Shown here one piece after another: positions 27,348 to 43,854 of a stretch of 64,000 bases of DNA. Both the position numbers and the translations under genes were made by a program. Origin of the DNA: the human T2T-CHM13v2.0 reference genome, Homo sapiens. The stretch is from the NCBI RefSeq assembly GCF_009914755.1, contig NC_060929.1; one strand, written 5' to 3'. Numbering within the stretch: the stretch's first letter is position 1; every line of letters starts with the position of its first letter. A model generated the notes under the pieces. It saw nothing but the letters and a program-made list of their open reading frames with translations. It had not been told where the DNA came from and searched no databases.

Positions 27348-28714
27348 AAGGAAAAATACCCGGGTGTAAAGATGACAGGCTTTAACACTTGGAAATACTT
27401 TTAATACATTGAAATTTCAGATTAGGGCTTTCAAAGGAAAAATACCCAGGTTTAAAGATGAATCCCGGACATTCTGCACAGAGCTGGTGAGGGCTGGTCC
27501 CTCCAACACGCATCTTTCCATTTCCCAACCCCTGAACTGAGGATGCAATCGGCGGGTCTCAGGCCCCGGCCCTGGCCCCCGCCTCCTGGGCCACGACACT
27601 TCCAACGCAGTCCCTCACTGTCAACACCCTGGACACTCAAAATGTCTTTGAAGAGTCACGCTGTGAGGTCAAAAAGTTAGGGTGCACGCAGAAAGGCGCA
27701 TGTAGCTTTGCATTGGTGAGGCAAATACCTATCCCTGGAGGAAGGACCGCTACTTCGTAATTCACAAGAGGAAGACCCCCGGAGGCGGACGAAGCCAACC
27801 GAACTCAGTTCCCGGGAGCCGTGACAAGCGACGGCCAGGCAGCAGAAATGGCCCACCCATTAGGCTGCAGACAGCATCAGAGAAACCAAGCACTGTGGCA
27901 GTGGGGCCCGCGCCTCCAGGGAACCACAAGGCACAGAGTTGCAGTTTAAATGGGAGTGTCTCCTCTTTCTTGGTGGCGTATAAAGTAATGGTGTGTCCCG
28001 TAACCGATGGCACCTTAGAGCTAATGATATGCAGACATGGCCACCGCTTTCTCACCCCCGGGCCTGGGGTAGGCGCTTGCTGCACACCCACCCTTTCACT
28101 GCCACTGAAGTGCGTGCGGACAGAACCCATCTTTTGCTATTGGAGGAACTAAGGTTCTCAGGATCGTGGTGCTTGTCCGCCCTGCCGGTCACGAGGAGCA
28201 CAGCGGACCATGTGACCCGCAACAGCCTCCAGCCCACAATAGGCCCCTGCCTTCCCTGGGTTAACCCGTGAAATGCACAAGGCAGGGTGGGGATGGCGTA
28301 GAGCCTGCCTGGCTTCAGCAGCACCCAGGCCTTGGTCCTGGACACTAGGGTTCCCTGTGCCTCTGAGCGGAAGCTGTGCACCCCACTCTGCAGCCCTGGA
28401 GTCGTCGTGCAGTGTAATTGAAATTCATGGACAAGCCCGAGGAGCCAGCTCCGGGCTCGGTAATAACTTCTCCATATTAATGGCAGCACCGCAGACCCTG
28501 TGGACAGCTGATATTTAATATGAAACATACGCAGCAGAGTGTGCAGCTCCTACCTGGATCCTCCCATTCCGGGGTAACCACCAGTAGGGGATGGGGGTGT
28601 CTAACGTGGCGCCAAGATTGAGGGGGCTGGGGTCCTCCTCTCCCCTGAGTACCTCAACCCCACTTAAGGCCCCTCTTCTACAGAGTGCAGGAAACCCCTC
28701 CCGAGAAATACATA

Positions 28715-28935
28715 AACACATGCTGGCCCATGCTCACTCAAATGCACACCCTCCCATGCAGACACACTCATGTGCACACACGTGTACACACTCATTCAGA
28801 CGTGCACAAACATATGCACCCCCACACGCACACTGCATGCACGTACTCCTACATGCAAGACATGCAGAGGCAACACGTACATGCACACACTCCCGCCATG
28901 CACAGGCCCAGGACACGCACACGTCCACATGCAGC
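28715..28935. repeat. Degenerate (CA)n region
   Basis: CACACATGCA-like motifs. Confidence 0.75.
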
Positions 28936-29179
28936 CACCAGCCTGCTGTGCCGGCAGCAACACAGGGACCCCCAGGGCTGCCCAAGCCAGAGAGGCAGGT
29001 GGGGTAAAGAAGGACATGTCTGCCTGCCAGCACAGACCCAGGGTCCCAGGAGGGCTGCCATGCACACTTGCCTCTTTGGGTCTTCAGATACCACAGTGGG
29101 CAGGCCCAGACCATAGCTCAGGCAGCCACGAGGCAAAGCCAGCCTCGCTGCTGAGCGGATGTCCCTGGCTGATTCCCTT

Positions 29180-29378
29180 ACTCACCCAGGTGTGGCCCCT
29201 GTGAGCCTCACAGCAGGCCTGGGTGAGGACCTGGCCTTCACCTCCCAGCTGACTCTGCACGAGGGCCTGAATTCACTCACTCACCCAGGTGAGGCCCCTG
29301 TGAGCCTCACAGCAGGCCTGGGTGAGGACCTGGCCTTCACCTCCCAGCTGACTCTGCAGGAGGGCCTGCATTCACTCA
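29180..29378. repeat. Tandem duplication, 2 x 99 bp
   Basis: ACTCACCCAGGTG..CATTCACTC twice with 3 mismatches. Confidence 0.93.
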
Positions 29379-30029
29379 GGCATGACTCGCTAAGCACTGG
29401 AGACATGGGGGACAGGGAAGCCACGGCGAGCCATTGGGCAGGAGAAGCCTGCCACACCTGAATGAGCACATGGCCGCGCACATTTACCAGTGCCAGAAAC
29501 ATACCCAGCCACACAATGGAGTGCAGCTCTCCCAGGGAGAGCTGGCCTTGGTGGGCTCCGGCTGAGACCAGTGCTGACTATGCCGGCCTTCATGAGGGGC
29601 TGGGAGCCGGCTCCACTCTGCCCCTCCCTAAAGGATTCCAGGAGAGACGCCAGCCCACACAGAGAACCTGCATATGTAACTCCTAGAGCCTCGGTTTCCT
29701 ACCTGTGAAATGGGGCCACGGTGGCTGGCTCACAGGAAAACCGCAGGGACTGGGTTCAAAGCCCCAAGCAGAGGTAGATGGTGTGGATGCTGCTCCCCTG
29801 ACCCCCTCCTGAGGCTGGCCGCCGCCTCCAGAGGGACTGCGCTGCACTGCTGGATCCCTCAGGCATCTCTGTAGGGGCCCTCAGCTCACGTAAGGCAGCA
29901 GGGGAGGGAGTCATTGCCCCACCCTCCCAGGGGCACCTGAGGGGAACGCTGGAGTTCTGCCTCCTGCAGCCCTTTCTCCCGGAGTCTCATTCCAGACCAG
30001 CAGAGCAGGCGACTCAGGCCGGAGCTGGA

Positions 30030-30240
30030 GGGCCCTGACCAGGTCACGGGGGCCTTGAATGCCAGGCCAGTGGGTTTGGATGTTTTTAAGAGCAGTAAGA
30101 ACCACTGAGAGGTCTTAAGTGAAGGCGTGACATGAGTTGCTGCATGGTTTCTAAAAATCCCTCTGGCTGCAGAGTGGAGAAGGGTTGTCGGGGAGAGACC
30201 ATGGGGCAGTGGGGGGTACAAGAGCAGAAAGCAGGGGTTG
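30030..30240 (-). mobile_element. L2 fragment
   Basis: GTGACATG...TAAAAATCCCTCTGGCTGCAGAGTGGAGAA. Confidence 0.65.
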
Positions 30241-31959
30241 GCACCAGGCGTGGAGGGAAGCCGGGCCCTGAGAGAGCTCTAGAATTGGAGCTGGCTAGGG
30301 GAGGGCGATCCTGGAAGGGTGGGGTCTGGAGGAGAGTGGGGAGAGCCACGTGACTTGAGTATGGGGTCATCCAGGGAAGGGGGTTCCAGAGGCAGCCGAG
30401 CAGGCAAGCCTGGAGCCCAGGAGGACTTCTAAGCCCAACATGGGGTCTGGAGTCCAGGAGAAGGGTGGCCACAACCGTGTTCACCACCCTGCACAATTCT
30501 CCTCCCTTCTTGTATGATAGGCCCCTCTTCATTCCAGAGTTTGGGAGTCTGTCCCTCCCCCTCAGTCCCAAAGGTGGGCAGGAGACCTGGGCTAGGCCCG
30601 CATCACAGCCATGGGTTTGAAGATGGGCCTCCAATCCCTCCCCCAACTCTCACAGGTGTCACCCAGAGAGGAGGGCTTTCCATCTCAAAGGTTGCCTCCT
30701 TGGAAAACGAGTTGGGCCTGGAGCCGCTGGTGGGCCGGGGGTTGAGGGGTGGAGAGCAATTCTGAAATGAACACTGAGAGGCAGGGCTGAGAAATGGATA
30801 GCATGCTCTGAGCCCCTGGATTCAGCCAGGCCTGAAGCCAACACTCCTCAGGACCCCCAGATAATTGGGGCCATGCTGTCCCTTGTTTGTTTCATCCAAT
30901 ATGAGCAGGGGTTTCTGTCACTTAAACTGAGCAAGTCTTAAGGTGACAAGTATGGCGGAGGCTGAGACTGGCCTTAGCAGCTGTGTAGGCTGCTTGCAGC
31001 TGGGGCCCACAGGAGCCTCTGCTCCTACCTGGGGAGCCCCGACACCCTAGGGAACCCAGAGGTTCCTGCAGCCCCTCTTTAGTCTTCCTGACAACCTCTC
31101 ATTGCGATCCAGGCAGTGCCAAGGTGGGGTGGGAGGAAGGAAGACCCTACCAGCGGCAGCTGCAAATCTCAGGTGCCCCTCACCCCACTGCACAGTCCCA
31201 GGACCCGCTCACACCTGCCTGATCTGCTCTAGCACCTGAGCCTGCTGGAGCCCAGTGTGTGGCCTCGAAGGCAGCAGCCTTGCTGGGAAAAATGAAACTC
31301 ATCTCGATCCCTTAGGCCAGCTTCTGACTTCTCTCTGTGGCCTTTATGACTCTTAATGTCCAGCAAGACAGAGTGGGTGCCTGGCCCAGACAGCAGCCCC
31401 GCAGGGGAGCCCCAGCCTGAAAGGCAGCAGCCCTGGATTTCTTCTTGCCATGCAACCTTGGGTCTCTCTGAGCCTCAGCCACGCAGTGGGGCAGCCCTAT
31501 CTCACAGGGTTGTGGGGTTCGCATCAAGCATCCAGGGAAGGGCATACACTTCCTCCTTTGGGCCCCAGGATTGGACCAGGCCTTGGAGGGCGGACCATCT
31601 CCACCGCCCAGCCCATGGAGGCTTCATCCACTGCTGCCCAGCCTGGCAGGAGAGGATCCCCGTGCTGCCCTGAGTGGGGAGGCAGAGGCGGGCAGGGTTG
31701 CTTCCATCCCACGGAAGTCCCAGCTGCAGTCCCCCACCAGTGAGGACTTAGGCCACCCATAGGAGCTGCAGCCCAGCGCAGGTCACGAGCCAGTCAAGGC
31801 CACTCAGCTCCCAGGCCTGCTCCCGGCTCCACTCACACTGACGATGGTCAAACCCACAATGAGAACGTCTCCAGGAGTCAAATAAGAAAGGTGGGAAATG
31901 TTGTAAAGAAATGCATTTTTAAAATTCTTTTTGTAGGCATGCAGGAAAAGGCAACAAAA

Positions 31960-32200
31960 CATAGTGAGCATGGCCTTGGAATCAGATTTGTGTTCAAATA
32001 CTGGCTTCGAAGCTTGAAGCAAGCTATCTCGACTTTTGGAGCCTCAGTTTATTCATCTGTAGAAGGGGGATGATGTCGGGATATGTTCCGTAGGGTGCTG
32101 TGAGGATTAAACAAGGCGAGGTGGCACAGGGGGCTCAGCTGAGAGCCTGGCACACAATGTTAATAGGAACACAGTCAACTGTCACTTACCATCATTACCT
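31960..32200 (+). mobile_element. MIR
   Basis: GCCTCAGTTTATTCATCTGTAGAAGGGG...TGTGAGGATTAAA...GCCTGGCACA. Confidence 0.8.
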
Positions 32201-32634
32201 TTTACGCCAAAAGGCTTCTCACTGGGTTTTTAATGGGCATGTAAAAACCACGTGAAATTAGCACGCCTACCACGCTGCCCAGGAGATACTGGAAAACTCT
32301 TCCGCAGCAACGTGAGGCACAACACCACTCTGTGCAGCCTGTTTTGCTCATGCCTTGTGCAAAGGGACATTTTGCTGTGGATACTATGAATAACCCCTCG
32401 CTGTGGATATTATTATGAATAACTTCCGTCTAGTCACTCAACCTCCCAGAGCCTGAGTGCTCCACCTGTAACCAGGGATGAGATGCCTCCCCGACCAGGG
32501 CTCTGTGAGGACAAGAGGTGCCCTGTGTAAAGACCCAGGTCCTTAGCAAAGAAGCCTATCGTGGTGGCAGCAGAGGGGGATTTAACAGTAGGACAGACAC
32601 ATACGCAGCAACAAAGTCAGAAAAGGAAAGAAGA

Positions 32635-32730
32635 GGCCGGGCGCGGTGGCTGAGGCCTGTAATCCCAGCACTTTAGGAGGCCAAGATGGGCAGATCGCTT
32701 GAGGTCGGGAGTTTGAGACCAGCCTGATCA
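32635..32730 (+). mobile_element. Partial Alu left monomer (AluSp-like) followed by (GGAA)n
   Basis: GAGGTCGGGAGTTTGAGACCAGCCTGA, then truncated. Confidence 0.85.
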
Positions 32731-32813
32731 AAAGGAAAGAAAGAAAGAAAAAAAGGAAGGAAGGAAGGAAGGAAAGAGAAGAGAAGAGAAAGAGTACAAG
32801 CGAAAAGAAAAGA

Positions 32814-33128
32814 GGCTGGGCGCAGTGGCTCATGCCTGTAATCCCAGCACTTTAGGAGGCCGAGGCAGGCAGATCACAAGGTCAGGAGATTGAGACCATC
32901 CTGGCTAACACGGTGAAACACCGTCTCTACTAAAAATTAAAAAAAAAAATAAAAAAAAATTAGCTGCACGTGATGGCGGGCGCCTGTAGTCCCTGCTACT
33001 TGGGAGGCTGAGGCAGGAGAATGGCGTGAACCCGGAAGGCAGAGCGCTTGCAGTGAGCTGAGATCGCGCCACTGCACTCCAGCCTGGGTAATAGAGTGAG
33101 ACTCCGTCTCAAAAAAAAAGAAAGAAAA
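32814..33128 (+). mobile_element. AluY
   Basis: GAATGGCGTGAACCC and CTGGCTAACACGG. Confidence 0.92.
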
Positions 33129-33199
33129 CAGAACCAATGGTGCTGTCCCACTGTCCAAGGCCATTATTCAGTGACAGCATTCAATGCCGCTCAGGCAGG

Positions 33200-33560
33200 T
33201 CCCAGCTCCTCTTCCAACCCCAATATTCTTCCCAGCTCTGTCTGGTACATGGGACACTTCAGCAGGCCTGTCCTGCCCAGGCCAATCCACACCTGGTACC
33301 TCTGCACATGCTCCTCCCTCTGCCCGGGTTGCCAACCTGCGTCTTTTCCAGCTGGCCACTCATTCTTCCAGCCCCCATTCAAACAGCCCCCCAGGAGCAC
33401 ACTCTCCAAGTCCTGGCCAGAGTGTCCGTCAGCCACCCTGACGACAGGAGCCCTGGGTGGGTACCAGACCTGCCTCATTGCTGACCAGTACAGGGGATAA
33501 ACATATGAGAAGGTGCTGGCTGAAAAATGAATCACCAAATGAACTGCTGAATGAATGAAA
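33200..33560 (+). mobile_element. L2 3' fragment
   Basis: CCTCTGCACATGCTCCTCCCTCTGCC...TGAATGAATGAA. Confidence 0.55.
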
Positions 33561-34650
33561 CAGTGACAAGTCCTCCCCAAAATGCTCTCCATCAGGAATG
33601 CATAGTACACAGGTGTTGGCCCACCAACAGACTGCAACCCCATGTCAACTCCCACCACCTTACCTCACCCTAAGTCCGCAGCAAACATCTCCTTTCATTT
33701 AGGAAATTAACCTCCAGCGTAAAATGGGACACACCTCTGAGGCCCAGGATGTCCTCAGAGACAGTGGGCGATGTCAAGGGCTCACCATTTTAACCCAGCT
33801 CCTCCAGGGATATTTACAGTTGTTTGCAATATGGCCAAGTTCTAACTAAATCCAGCCAAAGGCAGTGATTTTCCAAAGCAACAAGTGATATTTTCTGTGT
33901 CTCCATAAAAAGAATGACAGTGGTTGCAGAGCCCTGGTGTAATTGCCGGCTCTGCAGACTGTAGGATGAGCCTCAGCTGCCCGAGTACGGGCGTGCTCAG
34001 GGGCCACGGGGGCTGGGAGAGTGGCCACTCACTCGGGGCAGGAGTTCCCTGAGTAGCAATTAGAGCGGAACCCATGGTGGGCGGCTTCAGATGTCTGGCC
34101 AGCACAGCCAGCCTGACCACCACACACCCAATCCAAAATAGAAAACTGCAGTGGCCTCTGCTGTGTGCCAGGCCCCGGGCAGCCGGACAGAGCACCGCCA
34201 ATGTCAGCCTCCTCCCTCAGCATCGATCCAGGCTTCCTCTGAGGCCCCCTTGTGCTGAGCCACGGTCCCTCCTGCCCTCTCCAGGAAGCAGAGCTTCCCA
34301 GAGCTCCAGTCACAGGACTAGAGAGGTGCAGGCAGTCTCAAAAGGGATCCCCTAGCCTCTCTCTTGTCCTTCAGGCGCTGCCCCCAAAAGATCGAGCAGC
34401 TCATGGGCACTAGAGCCTTCATTTCCAAATGCACCCCTCAGCTCAAAATAGAGAAAACCAACTTTTCAAAGAACCAGCTGGAGTTCAACGGGAAACCACA
34501 GCAGAAAAACCAATGATTCCCGGTCAGCCAAGGGGCAGAGGGCTAACTGGGCATTTCAGCATCACTGCCAGCTCCCTGGGCTGGTATTACCCGCACGCAA
34601 GGAAACAGGAAGACTGACTGCCAGCCCATAAGTCCACCACACACATATCA

Positions 34651-37100
<2,450 letters not shown>

Positions 37101-40100
37101 CAGAGAAGCGCCGCGGGCCGGGCCGGGGGAGCCCCGCCGCCAGCCACCCCAGGGGCACAACCTCCGAGGAGCGGCGCCGGCCGAACGTCCCCACCTAGAG
37201 AGCCCTTGGGGTGCCGGGTCCCACCCATCAGCCCTGGAATTCAAGGGGTGCATCCCCCTGTCTCTGTGCTCTGGGGCAGGACAGGGTGAGGGAATGAAAG
37301 GGGAGGGGGGACTGACTACTGGGTCCAAGGTCTGAGCCAGGCCGAATGCCCAAATAGAGGCCGCAAAGGCCAGAAGATGCTGTTAGGAGGGTACACCCAG
37401 GGCGCGACCCCAAAGATCAACTTTTGCCCTTACGGAGAGAGGCAAGGCTCCTTCAGTCCCCAGTTCCTCTTCCTCTGAAGTCCCTGTCCCCTGTCCCCCA
37501 TCTGCCTTCCCATCCCTCCGCTGCAGCCTCAGCACAGCCTCTTCCTGCCAGACCTGGGCTCTCTGCCCATGAGCACAGTCAGGCTCCTGCCCTCATCTGT
37601 CCTCAACCCCACGTATGCATTCTGTCCTCCCGCCATTGCACTCCCGGCCCCCAACCTGAAATGGCCTCTCCAAGCTCTGCCTACCTTTTCCACCCAAGCA
37701 TCCAAGGACACCTGGGCCCATTCTGGGGCCAGTTTGCTGTTAGAGCCCGTTGCCAACCGGAACCCCTCCCCAGTCCCTCCTCTCCAGCAAGGCCCTGATC
37801 CTCCCATGCTGTCTGAGCTCAGCGGCCTCTCTCCAGGGCCTGCCTGAGAGCCCCCTCTCAGGCTGTTGGACATCTCTGCCCTGGGACCCCCAATTTCTGC
37901 CTCACTTCCCCAGAGGGTGAACACCCACCCCTTTGATTTTCTCATTTGCCCTGCCCCAGGTCTGTGTGGCCAGGGCTTTGGTCTTTGCTTTGGCCAGGGG
38001 CAGAGGACCCGGAGATGACTCAGGCCTCTCCCTGCTGGCCAGGAGGTCCCAGTCGTTGGGGGAAACACGACTTACACAGCAGGCTCTAACTGTGATCTCA
38101 CGTCCTTGGTTCTTTCGATTGTGGGTCCTGGGTGTGAGAGCATCGCAGCTGGACAGCCATCTTCACCTGCAAGCTGTACTCTTTCTGTGTCACCTAAGGG
38201 TGCCCGAGGCTGGATCCAGCTCCCAGGCATGGTGAGATGTCACATGGAAATTTAGATTGGTAACTTTTCTTGAGATATTGGAAGATGTGGCCACGCTAGC
38301 CCCACAGTCCTGCTTAGCAACCATTAAATGGGCACTTACCTTGCAGTTTGTGGCAGGTCCCGCCTCTCCTCACTCTCTGTAGGCATCTGCTCTCGTGACC
38401 TGTGATGACCCAACTGGTTCCAGAGAAAGTTGGAACTGGAATCCTAGTATACCACAGAGATGACTCCAGAGCTGGGCATCCAGGAGGACTTCCTGTAAGA
38501 GGTGGCATGAGTTGAATTGTGAAGGCTGGGGGAGCTAGGCAGCCCAGAGTTGGGTCCAGCCAGTTGCTGTCCTGGAACCCATGACGCATTCCTCCTGTGG
38601 TTGTCAGCGCTTCCATCCTCTTCGAAACACGAGTGAAACCCAACCAGCAGCCGCCCCTACTTCAAGGGGCATGTTCTGCACCTTCCTGCCGTGTCTATGG
38701 TTGGGTATTTCTTTACACAGCGCCTAAAACTTTTTTCAATTTTTTAAAGGATACTTTAAATCACTACTATAAATGGAAAAGCCAGCATCTCACCATGTTT
38801 CCATAAATCAAAGATAATTGCTAAAAATAAATACAACAAGAAGAGAAATGTTATCAAATTCCAGATACTTCGACCTGCTAAAGATACCGAAGGCTGAAGC
38901 TGATTAGTAAGTGTTACAAAAGCCTTAAGATGGACTAGCACAGAGGTCGTTGTTCTGATGTGATTGGAAGGATGAAAGGAGGCCTGAAAAGGAGTAACTC
39001 TGACTTTATGAGTTGATGGCATCTTCTAACAGGTTCACAGAGCTAAATTATTTTGTATACTTTGGGATACTTGCTTTGGGATATTTTTGGGGGAAAGAAT
39101 TTGTCTCCTGGACACTGAATAACCCCAGGCAGCTGATTCTTCCCACATCACCCGTGCCCCTGCCACCAGGGATGAGTTGGGGATGGAGCAGCACCCTTGC
39201 CTGGCCCTTCCTTTAGTGCCCCCACTGTCACCCACCAGGGTGGTGGATGAACGAGGCTCACATGCACCTAACTTCACAGTTAAACCCTCAGGGAGGTGGA
39301 GGAGACTTGCAGACACATCCCAGCCCGTGATCATTTGTCCTCCACTCAGAAACAAACAGAAAAACAAAAAACAACCAAAGAACAACAACAAAAATCTTGC
39401 TACTTCTTCAAACCTCCATGATTCAAATCTTGCCTCTCCCCCCTTACTGGTGTTTGCCTCTTTCTCTGGTCCCCCTTTTCCTCTTCCAGGTAAAATACGG
39501 GACATAGAAGTCCCCAGTGGCTCTCTGCTCCTCTGCATGTTCAGTCTAGGTCCCAACGACAAAAACTAAGGGCCACTGGGCCAACGCCGCCGGATGTGTT
39601 GTTGAGCACATGCCACGTGCGTTCGTTTCTACTGGAGCCTGAATGTCTTCAGGTCTGGCTGTGCTCTCCAGCTTACCGCAGTCCTCACCACCCCCTGTTG
39701 CCCTACACCTGCCTATTGCTCGTGATTGTCAGCACCATGATCCCTGAAAACCTGGAGTTGTCACCCTCACCGAGAAGCCCAGTGTTTGTAGGGAGGAGTG
39801 AGGACAAGTCAGCGTCAGCTCGGGCCTTACACACCCAACCCCCTTAAAATCTTCCCAAAGTTGTGTGGTGCAGAAAGAGGTGAGGACCTTTCCGGGTCAT
39901 CTTGGGTGCCACGAGTCACCCCACATCCCTGGCAGAAGAAACACTAAGGAGGAGGAATGTTTGTTGCCCACCACAGCTCTCAGTGGGTGGGTGCCCTGCC
40001 TTGCCCTGAGAGGAGGGTCGGGCTCCCTGGTCTGGCTCAGGCTTCCAGGTCACATTTGTCAGCACAGACTTCATTAAAGACAGGAGCCCATTTGAGAGCC

Positions 40101-43100
40101 ACTGCTGTCTCCTAATGTCTGCACAGAAACCAGCCCCTGAGAAGGTCTCCTGCCCTTTGACAAAGTCACCTTTCTTGGCACAACCTGCCAAGCAGATGGA
40201 GGCAGTGAGGTTTCAGTGCCCTCCCTAATGACAAACAAGCTCTTAGGGGCTGTGGGAAAGGAGCTGGACTCTTTTAGTCTCACTGGTGCCTGTGTGCAGA
40301 GCGGGCCAAGCATGAGGGGCTAGTTACCTTGTCGAGGGGCCTTGAGGACAGCAGCTCTGTCCAACTTTGCTGTTGGCAAACAGCGGGTGCAGTGGTCCCA
40401 TCAGATGCTCTGGCGGAGTTCTGGCCGGGAGTGGCCCTGGTGAGCCATATGTCAAGGGAATGCTGATTGAACAGAATGTGGAGGCTGGGTGGCCTCTAGG
40501 AAGTGTGGTTCTTGCTGTTTCTTGAGCGTGCCCCTCCCCCACGCCATGTACACACTTTAATAGGGAGCCGTGTCCAGCAAAAGAGGAAACGTGGGTGGTG
40601 TTTCAGTAGCAATTGTTTTTACTGCCATTGCAGCACGGAGGCATCCCCTCGCCACTGAGATCGATTCTGCCTGGAAGTGGAAGACAAAGTGCTTGAGGTT
40701 TGGAGGCTTGGGGATCAGGGCTCAGTTAACATTTCTACATGGAGATGCAAGATGGAGACTCAGACTCAGTCTAAGCATTAATGGCCCAGGGAAGGATGTA
40801 GCTTAATGCCTATCTGTGATTGTCCACTTACACATATGCTCAGCCTAGCAGAGAGAACAGAGAAAAATTTTAAAGGGGCTATCTGGGTGTGTCAGGCAGT
40901 GACGCCACTTGAGCTGGGGTCTAAATCTCTGGGTTCACCTGTGTCTGGCCCCTGTCTGGGGTCGGGGGCCATTTTGTCCAGCCCCCTCATCTGGGAAAGG
41001 CCTTTGGGTCCCTCAGGATGCTCCTGGCTGCAAGTAAGACAGCCAGCTTAAACCATGAGGAAATGCATCAGCTCACGCACCCGGAAGTCTACAGGTGTGG
41101 TGGCCACGGAGCTTAACCGCAGCACCAAGGGCCCTGCTGCCTGCCTAGCATCTTTGCCCCAACCAGGTAGAAGGATGGCCAAAGCACAGGTGCACTGCCC
41201 TCTCCCAGAAGGACCGCTGTCTCCCCTGTGGTCTGTGGGCCAAGGCTGGGTCATTTGCTGAACCAGTTGCTGACAGGCGGTGGGTGAAGGGATGACTGGG
41301 ACAAACCTGGATTAACCATCGCGTCTACCCCAGTGCCCCCAGCATTGCCTTCTGTCTTTATTTCCAAATCAGAGTATTGCATAGTCCCAGGCATCCTCCT
41401 GCCTGGCAAAAGAAGTTTTTCCCATGTGACGCTATATTTGTGTCCCACTCCTATACTACACCATCTGTACAGCATGCAGAATTCCTTTCTTTTTATGTAA
41501 ATCCTGTAGGTAACTAGTGAAGGGCCCAGTTCTATTACATTATGGAGATCTGTGTTCAAAGCCTTTTCTAAGCCTGTCTGGACGCTTCCTTACTTCCTAG
41601 ATTTTGAGGAAAGCCATCGGTGACCCCAGCCCAGGCCTTGCTAGATCCCCAGGATCCCTGGCCTCTGGGGCTTCATTACCTTTAGGTCACCCTCTGTGGC
41701 AATGTCCTTCCATCCAGTCCAGCCTGACCCTTCCCAGTTCACGGGATCAAGGATGTGGGCCTTAAAGACACCGAAGCTTCTGGCTGGGACTTCAGGGCTA
41801 CAGTGCCCATGATGAAGCCCTAAGACGAAGACCGTGGTGGGAGGAAAACTCTGGGTGCATGGCTGGGGGGCTCCGGCCATCTCTACAGCCTTGGGGACCC
41901 CACTTCCCACTTCTCCTCCAGAAGGGAGAAGGGTCCCTCCTCTCGCTGGTAGGAGCGACCTTCTTAGCTGCTCCTGCCAACAGTTCCAGGGGTCCTTCTT
42001 CCTCTGCAGAAACACCGAGACTGGACATAAATCCCAGGACACTGAAAGTGGGGGTCCTGGAGGAACTGGTACCTTTGCTCCCTGCAAAATGGTGTCCCCT
42101 TCCTCTGAGGGTTCCAAGAAAAAAAAAGAAAGAAACAAAGAAAAGATATGTTTGTATCCTTTTGGTAATTTTTTTAAAGTTTGTTGGGTTTTTGAAAATG
42201 AACTAAATCATCCCTGTGCCCAGTGTTTCTGCAGCTCTCTACAGGTCTGGCTCTGGGCCACCCCTCAGGAGGAGAAGCCTTTTCTCTTCATACTGACCCA
42301 AGGCCAGTCCTTAGGGCTGGTCCCTGAGCCCTCCGCTTCCTGGGCAATCTCATCCTTTCCCACAGGCTCGTGAGAGCCGGTGTGCTGATGACTGCCCACC
42401 CGCTGGGTTCATTCTACCGTAAATGCAGCTCCCTCAGCCACCTGCATCAAGATATCTCAGAGCCTCACCAACTCACCCACCCAGAACTGCCCCATCTCCA
42501 GCCTGGCCCCAGCCTCGGCCCAGTCCCCTTGGGCTCAGCATCCGGCGTCTCCATTCTCCCTGCAGGCTCCCTGCAGCCAGGGACCCAGGGGCATCTCGGT
42601 CCCCTCCATTCCTTTACCCCCACATGAAAGCACTCTCCAGTCTGCACCCCCTCCCTACCACCCCCTCTACCCCAGCCTCGATACCCCTCCCTGACATGAC
42701 GGAGCACCCACAGGACCAGCCCCGTTGGGCACTAGATGCCTGAAATTGAGCCCGTGGGCTCAAGTGACTTCCTCTCCTGCTAGTCAGAAGGGGGCGGCTC
42801 CAGGACGGCACCCCACACACAATGACCTGCACACAGCACGCATCTTCTTATGCTTGCCTCTGTCTCCTCATTGGAGGGGGCTTGCACACCTCCCTCCCAG
42901 TCTGGAGCAAAGCTTGAGCATGACTTATATTTGTTTTCAGCAGAGGGTAGACGTGAGCAGCCCCTGAAACAGGTTGGTGGCTGAAAGTGCCAATGTTCTT
43001 TGGAATAATGAGGCCCATCTCCTAGCTGGAGGGCTCCTGCCCCACCCTGTGGGCATAGCTGTCCTGGGTAGCAGGGAGCCTGGTTTCCTGGGGTTGCTGA

Positions 43101-43129
43101 GAGGGGAACTCCACCAGGGCTCATTGGCT

Positions 43130-43620
<491 letters not shown>

Positions 43621-43854
43621 CTGCTCTCCATGACTTCCTGTACATGGCTGTACCCATAGTGCAGTATTGGGCCAGAAACACAACACTGTGGACGCTGGAA
43701 ATTTGCAGAGTATTTTGACCATGGCCTTCTTCATGCCGCCACTGACTTTAGAACCAAACCCTGACGGTACGGTAGGACATTAATGGTAGGATGCCAGGGT
43801 TGACTTTGGACGGGTAACCTCGCCAAAGTCTTGTAGAAAATATGGCAATTGACA

